DNA from: Dimargaris cristalligena
Lineage: Eukaryota
Direction: 5' to 3'
DNA length: 20,000 nucleotides
NCBI GenBank assembly: GCA_003614675.1
Contig: ML002222.1
Span: forward strand, 55,810 to 75,809
In this document: positions 10,596 through 20,000 of the stretch, one piece after another
How positions within the stretch are numbered: the first letter of the stretch is position 1
How the letters are laid out: each line of letters opens with the position of its first letter
Translations under genes and position numbers: made by a program
Notes under the pieces: model-generated
Databases searched by the model: none
Seen by the model: the letters and a program-made list of their open reading frames with translations, nothing else
What the model was told of the DNA's origin: nothing

Positions 10596-11258
10596 TGCAG
10601 AAGATTTCTTTTTTGCTTCGTTCGAAACGACGGTGAAGGGGCGAAAGAAGTGGGAGGAGGTGTATGACACACGAGAGAGTGATGGTCAAGGAGAAAGAGA
10701 AGGATCGATCCGGGCTGACGATCCAAGACGGGCACAAGTACACCTCTCTGGTCTCCTCGGGCTAGGCGCAAACTCCCTCGCCCTGGCTTTCTCCTGCCAA
10801 AAACCCTTTCGCTCACCTAACTGACCCATATTGAATAATGTGTGCGCCGCCCCACCATGGGACATGGGTGGTATCAAATTGCCTACAATTTTTTTCCCTG
10901 GCGAAAAAAACTGGGCGGGTTGGGTTGGCCTGCTTAATTAGAATCCCCATGTCTCATCATCCACGTGACCTATATTCCCAATCATTATCAGCCATGGTTG
11001 TGTCATTTCCCCCACCTAATAATAAGTGCCCAGAGGGGCAAAGTGCTTCACAATACCAGCGGACTCGAAAGTGAGGTAGAGCAGGAGGAGAGGAGAGATT
11101 CAGCAATGATCCGCCAAATGAAGCCGATGGGACCCAGCACAGAGCAATGCGTGTGCTATAATTCCTCCCCACCCTGTGCACATTAAGCGATCTATGCATA
11201 TTCTCTGTTCCCATAGTCAGTATTACTTTTGTCTCTAGACTCCTTCACACACACCAAC
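10596..11258. promoter_or_regulatory. Divergent (putative bidirectional) promoter region of RPL43 and MRPL35, with a GTCACGTG E-box (Cbf1-type) at 10962..10969
   Basis: The head-to-head ATGs are separated by 663 bp. CACGTGAC on + equals GTCACGTG on -. A/T tracts lie at about 10888-10910. Confidence 0.55.
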
Positions 11259-12758
11259 ATGCGCTGTCGATTCCCCACTCGTCCGCTCACGGCTCTGGTA
11301 CGTCGCTATCGGATTCAGGACCGAAACCAATAGACCCCAACACCGTTGGAATCCTCCAGTCCCCTGGTATGGAATTCCCTTTGGATTCCTTGCACTTAAG
11401 CAACACCAGTAACAGTAATAACTGATAATACCCGCCTATGCATATCCTATACCTTACACCCTCCTATTACACGTCACCAACAGACCCTGCAGTCCCAAGC
11501 CTCGCTAAATTCAGCCCGGCAGCCCGGCCTTGGTGCCCGCCGTTGGCTAGCGCAGAAAGTCGACATCCTGACCGAATCCGAATCTTCGTTCCAGGCCCCT
11601 TCTTTGAAGGCCAACCCGGCGTATGATGCCGCCATGGAGTTCTTGGCCAACCACGAAAAAGACGAACTGACCCAAGCGGAACGGATTAAGGAGTCGGTCG
11701 CAGCACTTCGCAAAGGTTCGTTAGTTGATCAAATCATTCCAGACAGATATGCCCAATGGTGAAATAAGGGATTTCGTCTAGTAACTATATATAACAAACA
11801 TACCCTGTGATTAATTCCTTGGACTTATTTATTTGGCTCGAAACACCCCAATTGCATTCGCTACATCTTCTCTGCGTGTACCCACCCACACACACACATA
11901 TATATATATATAGGCACCCCTAGTCCATCGGCAGAGGCTCAGATCCAGGCCGCTGAACAAGAAGCCTACAATCACGAAGTGGAGGCCGAAATTTATAGCG
12001 CGGAGACCCTGTGGAATTTCAGTCACAACAAGGCTGACCTGAACGTGCCCGTCTACCACTACCTGGCCCACCAGCAGTTCCAGACCGAGTACCTACCGAT
12101 CCTGACGCAACGGATCACCCAAATGTTCGTGGTACCCGACGTTCTCCCGCCCAGCGCGGTCCGCCCCGAACTGAAGCTCCAGTTGACGTATCCGGCCGCC
12201 CCGGAGACCCCGTTTACCGCGGGGGTCGTTTTGGAACCCAAGCATACCCTCGAGACCCCCACCGTGTCCGTGGTCCCTTTCCACCAGGATACCCGGCTCT
12301 ATACCCTCGTCATGGTGGACCCCGATCACCCGAACCAAACCACCCAGCGTTACGAAGAGCGCTGCCATTGGTTGGCCACCAACTTGGCCCTCAGCGTGTC
12401 CATTGCCTCCCCCGCCACTTTTGACACGGTCCTCCCGTACTTGCCCCCCCACCCGGCCCAAGGGTCTAAGCGGCACCGCTATACCTTCCTGCTCCTGGAG
12501 CAGCCCAACGGCGGGCGGGACCGTCTGGAGGTCAAGTTAGCCACCGAATCGCGGGACTTTAACACCCGTAGTTTCTGCGCCGAGCACGGGTTGGCCGTCC
12601 GTGGCATCACCTTTTTCCGGGCCGAGTACGACGAGTCGGTCAGGGGGGTGTATGAGAATATCCTGGGCACCCCTAGTCCCTGTTACCAGGCCTTCCCGTA
12701 CATTGATCCTCGCGTTGGCCCCGACGGCAAGATGATCAATCGTTACAAATACTTCTAA
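11259..12758 (+). CDS. MRPL35: Mitochondrial large-subunit ribosomal protein mL38 (PEBP family); join(11259..11297,11484..11715,11914..12758), about 371 aa
   Basis: The Arg-rich, acid-free N-terminus (MRCRFPTRPLTAL-TLQSQASLNSARQPGLGARRWL) resembles a presequence. It is followed by NPAYDAAMEFL, then PVYHYLAHQQF..ILTQRITQMFVVPDVLP. The PEBP core reads YTLVMVDPDHP..HW..YLPPHPAQGSKRHRYTF. Introns are GTACGT..CAG and GTTCGT..TAG; the exact intron 2 borders are ambiguous. Confidence 0.9.
11887..11912. repeat. (CA)n(TA)n compound microsatellite at the 3' end of MRPL35 intron 2
   Basis: The repeat runs directly into the TAG at 11911..11913. Confidence 0.9.
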
Positions 12759-13847
12759 ATGTTGGCTGTTTCGTGGTAGTACTATTTTTTATTTCTTTGC
12801 TTTTTATTGAGATTTATAGTAGAGTCTGAATGTCTCTCTCTCCCCTCTCTCTATATATAGACATCCCAGCCCCCCTTTATCCTAACATACTATTTTGTTT
12901 TTTCATACACCTAACCTTTTAAAAACCGCACCCCTTTTTATTTAATAAAATGCCTTCTCTACTAAGAACATAGATAAGGGAACTGATAGTATGTATTTTG
13001 GAGGTGGGAGAAAACGGGGGGAAATAATAATACTTTCCTTCGGTGGCGGGGGAATTCCAACCAGGCCCAGTGAGAGGATTTTTACAATGGGATATCCGAT
13101 TGGGTCAACTTCACCCAAAATATTCGCCAATGTGTCCTAAAGAATTTTTTGAGAAAAAAAATATTTAAGAGATCTCACACCAGCCATTTTCAATCACTTC
13201 TGTCTGTCTGGATAATCCACAGTAATGCCTTTGTTCTATTTTTTTTTGAATGGTGGTCTATTGGCTGTAAAGGCATTGTTATGGGTGGTAGGGTTTAGTA
13301 GAAATTTACTTTTCCTAATGCATAGCCTTATAGAGACTCCAGTATACCACTTTACGAATGAACCTGTGAGGTTCCTGTATCCATGGGTGCAATATTCAAC
13401 CTGGTACCCATTCTTAAAATGAGGCAAAGTAATCATACATTGACTTGCAGGAGGGGGTCTCCGGTGTAAGCCATTGGGGAAAATGAACTAGAATAAATGG
13501 TATGGTATTTAATCATGAGATGATAAAGGATTAAGAGAGAAATGGCTAATGAAGAAAAAAATAAGATAGCAAGAGGGAATAAATGCGATCTAGCCAACTC
13601 GTGTGGGGGATTGAATGGATATGAGAAGTGTAAATAAAAAAGGAATGGAATTCGGGGAATAATCCAAGGAGGATTACAAAATGGTGTAGCCCGTTTATGT
13701 AATATGAGGTGTGGGTGAATGATAATATCAATAGTTTAACCGGAAAAGATTAGGCAACCCCCGAAACCCTTTGGAGTTTATATAAGTGTGTGAGGGGATA
13801 TGGGAGGGGGGTATACAGGCGTTGCAACTTCAAGCCACTCGTCGAAC

Positions 13848-16800
13848 TTAGGCCAGGTTTTGCAGCACCGAATTGACCTTAGCCAGCTGGGCGGGTTTCA
13901 GCTGTTCGTCGGCGTTAGCCTGGACACTCTGCAGAATACCCTTGAGTTGCGGGAGGTGGGGCTGCACGGCGGGGTGACCTTCAGCGATCAAACCGCACAC
14001 GAAGTCGTAAACGGGCTCATTTTCGGCGAAATCGGCCTGGAGGGGCAAGTGACGCACCAGGGTGCTGAGGATATCAGGGAGGGGCACGGCGGCCAGATCC
14101 TTCATGGAAATGCGGGCGAGAGCACCACAGGCATTATCTAGGAGATTCTTGGCGTTGCGGTGACGGTCGGCCTGGGCAAAGATGGTGTGCAGGGCACCCA
14201 GGACGGCGTTGACATCAATGGGGGCGCTACCGGCGGGGGCGTAGAAGACCAGGGCACCCACGGCGAAGGCGGCGTTGCTCTTCACTTCGGGGTCGGGGTC
14301 GGCCAGGGCCTGGAGGAACAAAGGAAGTAGGTCACCGACGAAGGGGGCACAGCCTTCCTTGAGGCCGGACACGGATTCGCCCAGGCAGCCAATGGCCATG
14401 GACCGTTCGGGCACATCCTCATTGGCGGTGTAGTAGCCAGCAATAAAAGGCAGGAACACCTGGAAGTAGGGGGTGAAGTGGGGGCCCAGCACCAAGCACA
14501 GAGCGGCCACTACATCGGCGGCCCCACCGGTAAGTACGGCGTCCCGCTTCTGCTTGTCCTCGTCGTCCAATTGGTTATCTTCATCCGCATCATCTTCCTG
14601 GCAGAGAGCCTTCTTCTGCAGAATGTTGCCCAGTTCATTACAAAGGGCGGTCAGGTTGGCATCGGGACTCTGGGAGCTGGCCGATAGGTCAGCGGCCGAG
14701 TCGGCGGAACCGGCACCCAGGGACTTGTACACCAAGAGAGCGGGGCCCATAGTCTTGAGAGCCTGGGTCAATTCGACGCAGATTTGGATCACGACGCCCA
14801 CCACCTCCTCTTCGGCCCAAACGGCCATAACGGCGGGCATGACAATCTGGATCAGCTGGGCCAGAGTCTGGTTCACGGGAACCTGGACGGGCCAGCCGGC
14901 CACCCAAGGGGCGTTACCGGAAATGCGGTGGAAAGTGAGCAGGCACTTGAACAGGGCCCCGACGACCGCCGTACGGACGTGGTCGGCATCATGGTCGGCC
15001 AGCTTAACCAATTCCTGGATGGTAGCTTCGGCGTAGGGCAAGAAGTGGGTACCGGTGTTGCTGAAGATCTCACCCAACACGTCGGCAGCCACCTCCTTCT
15101 CGTCGGCCACGGCGGTATTGACGTAAAAGTCGTCTTCCTGGTCGGACAGCAGCTCCTCTTCGTCGTCCTCAAGGGCCGCAGTGACGGCGGCAGTCCCCTC
15201 GATATCGGTGGTACCGTCGCCGACCTGGATGCTCTCATCGACTCGGCAGCTCTGCAGAAGCGGGGGAACGACGAACTGGAGGTAGGGGGCAAAGTCATCG
15301 CCAAAGACCTCGCTGATGGTGCCGAAGAAGAGGAAAGTGCAGTCACGGAGACGGCCTGAGCTCAATTCCAGGCCCTCCAGAGCCAGCTTCATGAAACCCT
15401 CGAGGTGGGGAGCAAAGACTTCCTTACCCACGGCGCTGGCGATCACCCCCACGGTGTCAACGGCAATACCGCGCAGGGCAAAGTCGTCCTCCACGGTGGA
15501 GACGGTGAATTGGTGGCGCATGCGCTGGATAATGTTGTCGAAGTAGGGCAGGAAGGCGGAGCCAGCGGCGTTGGCGGCACTACCCAAGGCCCCGGTGACG
15601 GTGATCTGGATCTTGACGGGAGCGGTTTCCAGCAGGTGGGTCAAGCCATTGATCAGAGTGGGCAGGTATTCCACCACCACGGTCGAATCCATACCCTCCA
15701 GGATAGCGTCGAGGGCATTGCACGAGTATTTGATCACATCAGTGTGGGCGTCACCCATCAGGTTGAAGATAAGGGGCAGGAGGGTGGCGTGGTGTTCGGC
15801 AATTTCCTCCTCGAAGTTTTCGGCGAATGAGCCGAGGGCCATGCAGGCGGCGCGGCGGACCGAGATGGCGGGGTCCTGCAGACCGGCCACGACCAGACGG
15901 ATCAAGTCGTTGATCTTGTCGGTAATAAGGTCAACGGAGGGCTCAATCAATACGGCGAAGCTCAGCATAGCGGCCTTGCGGAAGGAAGGAGTGGGGTTTT
16001 GCATATACTGCAGCACCAATTGCATAGTCACGGGGAAGACGGCCGAGGCGGGCAGGTAGGTGCCCAAAGAAGATAGCGTGGTGAGGGCCACCTTGCTGGC
16101 ACTATCGTCATCATCGTCCTCATCATCACTATCGTCGGCAGACTGATCCTGGGCATCGCCGTCTTCGGAGGGCTCGGCAATAATGGGCATAAGGGCCTGG
16201 ATCAAAGGGGTAACCAGCTTGAGCTTCTGCAGCTTACTGCGCTTGAACATGGTGGCCATGGAGATAAAGGACAGGGCCATGCTGCGGATGGAATCGGGGT
16301 ACTGGCGGTTCCCGGCGACGGTCATGAAGAACTGGACGAGATCGGCAAAGTGCTTGGTCAACAGAGGAGTCTCCAGAACCAGCAGCGAATCAAACACATC
16401 GAAACCGTGGCTGACGCCCTCCTCGTCGCCGTTGCTCAGGCAATCCTCAATGACATTGACCATAGCCGGCACCAGGTCCCGGAAGGTCTTGACGTCCTCG
16501 GTATTTTCGGGTTCGAGGAACTCGGCGACCTTACCGAGGGCCTGCAGGGTAGTGACCCGCACGGTACGGGACTCGGGGTCGCGAATGGACTGGGCGAACA
16601 AACCGAACAGTTCGGCCAGGGCCTGGGAAGTGTTCTGCAGCTCGCCGTCGGCGATGACTTCGAACAGGGTGTACAGCACGTAGATACCGGTTTCCCGCTC
16701 GCTGGTCTGGGCGCTGCGGCTAAGCTGGAACAAAAAGGGGAGCAGCTCGGACCATTTGCCCAGGTCCTGGATCACTTCGGCAATGGCCGAGATGACCCGG

Positions 16801-17117
16801 GACAAAGCGTGCCGTACGGCGGCTTCGGGATCCTGGACGACTCGCTCGAGAAGGTGTTTCTGGATAGAGACCTGCAGCTCGGTGGGCACTTGCACCCACT
16901 GCTTGATCACCCGCTTACGGAGCTCGACGGCCGCCAGCTGGCGCAGCTCGGGGGCCGCGCCTTGGCTGGCGATCTCGGTCAGAGCGGGGACGCTGGCGGG
17001 TTGGCTATAGAAGTCCTTGTTCAGAGTGGCGGTCAGCGAGAGAATCTCCTGGGTGTCGGTGGCCTTGATAAACCGCTGGAGGGCTTCGTTCAAGCTGGCG
17101 GTGAATTGGGGGTCCAT
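13848..17117 (-). CDS. KAP123: Importin-beta family karyopherin, Kap123/importin-4-like, intronless, 1089 aa
   Basis: N-terminal IBN_N-like segment (LRQLAAVELRKRV..W) followed by HEAT repeats (VRRAACMALGSFAE, SCNALDAILEGM, ERSMAIGCLGE, VKSNAAFAVGAL, DNACGALARI) and acidic loops. Length fits Kap123/IPO4. Confidence 0.88.
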   Translation of the reverse strand: MDPQFTASLNEALQRFIKATDTQEILSLTATLNKDFYSQPASVPALTEIASQGAAPELRQLAAVELRKRVIKQWVQVPTELQVSIQKHLLERVVQDPEAAVRHALSRVISAIAEVIQDLGKWSELLPFLFQLSRSAQTSERETGIYVLYTLFEVIADGELQNTSQALAELFGLFAQSIRDPESRTVRVTTLQALGKVAEFLEPENTEDVKTFRDLVPAMVNVIEDCLSNGDEEGVSHGFDVFDSLLVLETPLLTKHFADLVQFFMTVAGNRQYPDSIRSMALSFISMATMFKRSKLQKLKLVTPLIQALMPIIAEPSEDGDAQDQSADDSDDEDDDDDSASKVALTTLSSLGTYLPASAVFPVTMQLVLQYMQNPTPSFRKAAMLSFAVLIEPSVDLITDKINDLIRLVVAGLQDPAISVRRAACMALGSFAENFEEEIAEHHATLLPLIFNLMGDAHTDVIKYSCNALDAILEGMDSTVVVEYLPTLINGLTHLLETAPVKIQITVTGALGSAANAAGSAFLPYFDNIIQRMRHQFTVSTVEDDFALRGIAVDTVGVIASAVGKEVFAPHLEGFMKLALEGLELSSGRLRDCTFLFFGTISEVFGDDFAPYLQFVVPPLLQSCRVDESIQVGDGTTDIEGTAAVTAALEDDEEELLSDQEDDFYVNTAVADEKEVAADVLGEIFSNTGTHFLPYAEATIQELVKLADHDADHVRTAVVGALFKCLLTFHRISGNAPWVAGWPVQVPVNQTLAQLIQIVMPAVMAVWAEEEVVGVVIQICVELTQALKTMGPALLVYKSLGAGSADSAADLSASSQSPDANLTALCNELGNILQKKALCQEDDADEDNQLDDEDKQKRDAVLTGGAADVVAALCLVLGPHFTPYFQVFLPFIAGYYTANEDVPERSMAIGCLGESVSGLKEGCAPFVGDLLPLFLQALADPDPEVKSNAAFAVGALVFYAPAGSAPIDVNAVLGALHTIFAQADRHRNAKNLLDNACGALARISMKDLAAVPLPDILSTLVRHLPLQADFAENEPVYDFVCGLIAEGHPAVQPHLPQLKGILQSVQANADEQLKPAQLAKVNSVLQNLA

Positions 17118-18316
17118 GGTGCAAAAACTGAATAGGATGGAGGCGCACTCGGCTGGGGACAGGTTGGAGAGGAAAAGGAGAAAAGCAGCGGAGTGTAGAG
17201 AGGGATCCGGTGCTGGGGGGTGGATAGGCTATATATTATTAGGCGGGGGTATATAAAGAAGGGGGTATATGGCTGAGTGAAATAGAAGCAGGGCTTGGGG
17301 AGACACCACAGGAACAGGGGATACTGAATTGAATGGTTCAATAGGAAAAAAAGACCGGGTGAATACGTGAAAATTGGGTGAGTTGCAAAGCGGTAAAATC
17401 AACCACTGGCACCGAAAAATGCAGAGTAGTCGTAAAAGCGACACAGCAGCCCAGGCCAATGTTCCTCCTATATACCAGAATAAAAGGTATTGAGCAGAAT
17501 CTATCCTTTTTTCTATTCCATTTTTTTTTTGTAAAAAAACTAGTTGGAGTACATATTATTATCATGCGGTCTAGGGAGGTGTGCGACGCAACAGCAGCCC
17601 CTTTACCATGGACCAGTAGTGACACAGCGAAGAGGGCGGACAATCATTGAAAAAAATATATATTTAAAGAAGTGTGTCCACAGCCGTCGTCACAATGCCC
17701 CCCATTCGACTAAAAAACCCAGTCAAGTGAAGGGGAGACCACCGCTAACGAGAGGGCCTACTGAATAGCACTTATACAAGTAGAGCTGATTCCAAATGGC
17801 AGTCGTATAAAGAGTGCAGCCGCTATTGGAGTTGGTATGAATTAGTAGGTGGTTCTAGCCCCTTTTCGGCACCTGAACTGGGCCAGAAGCCGACGCAGTA
17901 CACGGACGGCCGAACAATACGGGTGAAATTCGGCCCAGCTGTATAGAGTTTTAAATGATACGTGCACTGGAAAATAGGCGGGATGAGTATTTTCAACTAG
18001 CAGTATTTGCCTCATACCGGATTTTTTCGTTACACAGCATGACTGAACTCCTCCCATGTGTATAATGTCATTCGAATAGCCCTACATTTAGGATGACTAG
18101 AATCATTCATAGGGCCGTGTCCTTGTGTTAAATATTTAGATTATATTAAATGGCATGCTGGTGGTCACTGGATGCCACAATAGCCACATACTTAATAGCA
18201 TTTATGGGCACAACTTCCTACTGAATAGATCACCCATAAGCAAGTCAAGCTTTTGGGACTTGTCTATTTAAATAAATTAGTCCAAAATTGATAGGTGCTA
18301 TTCTAAAGTCAGGGTG

Positions 18317-18338
18317 TATATATATATATATATATATA
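18317..18338. repeat. (TA)11 microsatellite, intergenic
   Basis: Perfect TA run read directly. Confidence 0.9.
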
Positions 18339-19648
18339 CATTGTTGAATTAGTGGCGAGGTTGGTATAGGGCTAATACAAACCCCAATCATCGGGACTCT
18401 GTAAAAACAGCTTATTATTAGTAGCTATAAACAGTCCATGTTTTTTTCTGCTCAGGGAGAGCAATCAAGCTACAATCCAATGGATTGTTGGGAACCTCAC
18501 CAACCCACTCGACCTAATATCCAACAGTGCGTTTGCATAATGGATATAGCGCAATCTAAATGAGCCCAGTAAAGATTTGGAACTGACAACTCGTCAAGTA
18601 AAAAGCACCTTGGTATAGACTGGTACATGTATAGATCTGGTAACTATGGATTTGAAAGGGGGTTTTATCAATAACCATTACAGTAAGCTCTCAAAGAATG
18701 GCTTAAATTAGGTTCAATGGTAAACTTAACCCAGTAATCAGACATTTGCAGTACATAAACACCTTGAAATGGCCCCTTGACTAGCGGATGTTCCTTATAT
18801 TGGGTATAGAGGTACACTCGAATACTGTCTATCAGCCCTCCATACTTGCCTTAACTAAAAGTAGTAAATAGACCACCGACGAAGTCATTGGTATTATCAA
18901 ATAGGCAAGGTAGTAGTAAAGGTACTGGTGAAAGTTCGCCTAGGAGTAGATACACCGAAATATGTAATGGTGGTAGGCAAAAACCCCCCGCCATACCTCC
19001 CAATAGAGGCAGAATGCAGTTACTCGTTCCATTAGCCCCCATCTCATATCTCGACCTGCCCTTTTCTTGGCAAAAAAGGGCCTACAGCATTGGCAAGAGG
19101 GAAAGGGGAGACCAGCCATGGGTAATCAATTAGACCGTTATTCAACGGCGGCCCATGAGCATTGCGTAGTGCCTAGTCTAATGAAGAGAAATCGACCGAG
19201 GCAAGCCAGCCAATGGACCAACAGAAAGACGGAGGGTCCGTTCCAAAATGCCTGGGCACCCGGCTGATTATTTAGGGCCACCTACGTTAATACATAGGCC
19301 ATTGAGCCTTAGCCTCGTTAAAATTCCCGCCGGAGTCCGCCAGCGATACCCACTGTGAAATTCTGGACAGGGGCAGCAGGCCCTGACTCCCCTTGGTGGC
19401 CCGGGGCCGGGTTCCAACTCCTATGGCAAAGGTCATTGGTTGGTCACCAGCGCGTGTTGTCGCAGAGCCTGGGTACTCTAACTTTAATCGGATAATGCCC
19501 TAGGCAATTGCCCGAGGCCAAATTACCCGAGACTATATTGCGAACATAGGGGTCATCGTGAACCCTGCTGCACTCTCCACCTCTGCCACATCTTTACACA
19601 GACTGGCCACTCCAAAGAGACTGCAGTCAGTTCAGACCCCTTTAAAAC

Positions 19649-19657
19649 ATATAAATA
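19649..19657 (+). promoter_or_regulatory. Possible TATA box of a gene starting near the right edge
   Basis: ATATAAATA is followed by a C-rich leader-like tract. UTRs of the identified genes in this window are C-rich on their sense strand. Confidence 0.3.
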
Positions 19658-20000
19658 CCACACCCTTTCTGGTCTCCCAAAATCAGCATCAATTACAACA
19701 ACTTCCTCTACTACTCCACTAGACTACTGCCTTATTTCACTGTTAACCCACACCTAATACACTCTCCCTCCTTCCCCCGTAACCTTCTAATCCTGTCCAT
19801 TGTTGGGCTGGTGATTTGAGGAACCCCTCTCCCGGGACTAAGGCTGGGGCTGAGCCCCGTGCTATGCTCGGGATTGGATGGGTCACCGGACGTCGGGTTT
19901 GGAGGGCTCGAGGAACCTAGGTGGAACATACCGAATTCGGGCAGCGGTCCTTCGGCGATACGGATGGGATCGGAACTGTGCTCGGAGGCGGTACTGGGGT

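Noticed and set aside
10377-10670. N-terminally extended RPL43 (97-aa ORF call)
   Set aside because: The conserved start is MAKRT at 10595. The ORF call begins in the 5' UTR and stops in the intron donor.
13800-17256. Many long plus-strand ORFs (113-261 aa) antisense to KAP123
   Set aside because: Shadow ORFs expected from the strong C/G third-position bias of the real gene; they show no recognisable motifs.
17878-18490. Short inverted repeats (GGCCGAA..TTCGGCC at about 17908-17935; ACAATCC..GGATTGT at about 18472-18488) and PAC/RRPE-like words
   Set aside because: 7-bp stems and degenerate motifs are expected by chance; no tRNA, TIR/TSD or array structure was seen.
1-20000. CRISPR arrays, transposons, rRNA/tRNA genes, prokaryotic operons
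   Set aside because: None seen; the sequence is eukaryotic with spliceosomal introns.

Overview
Eukaryotic, intron-containing genomic DNA that looks fungal. An early-diverging lineage is inferred from the protein sequences but not proven. Five genes can be reconstructed: (1) the 3' end of glutathione synthetase (+, <1..886); (2) a five-exon P5-type ATPase (+, 3757..9238, about 1440 aa after correction); (3) cytosolic ribosomal protein eL43/RPL43 (-); (4) PEBP-family mitochondrial ribosomal protein mL38/MRPL35 (+), divergent from RPL43; (5) an intronless importin-beta of the Kap123/importin-4 type (-). The ATPase is the most unusual feature. It has a signal peptide, a 13-Cys ectodomain, extra N-terminal TM helices and a deviant TM4 motif (SPILP). 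Its frame is broken three times, always by +1 and always at a C7-8-GG(GG)-TT motif read as Pro-Pro. A context-specific homopolymer sequencing error is the most parsimonious cause, but recoding or pseudogenisation cannot be excluded from the sequence alone. The 0.9-3.7 kb gap carries splice-like signals suggesting unannotated spliced transcripts.
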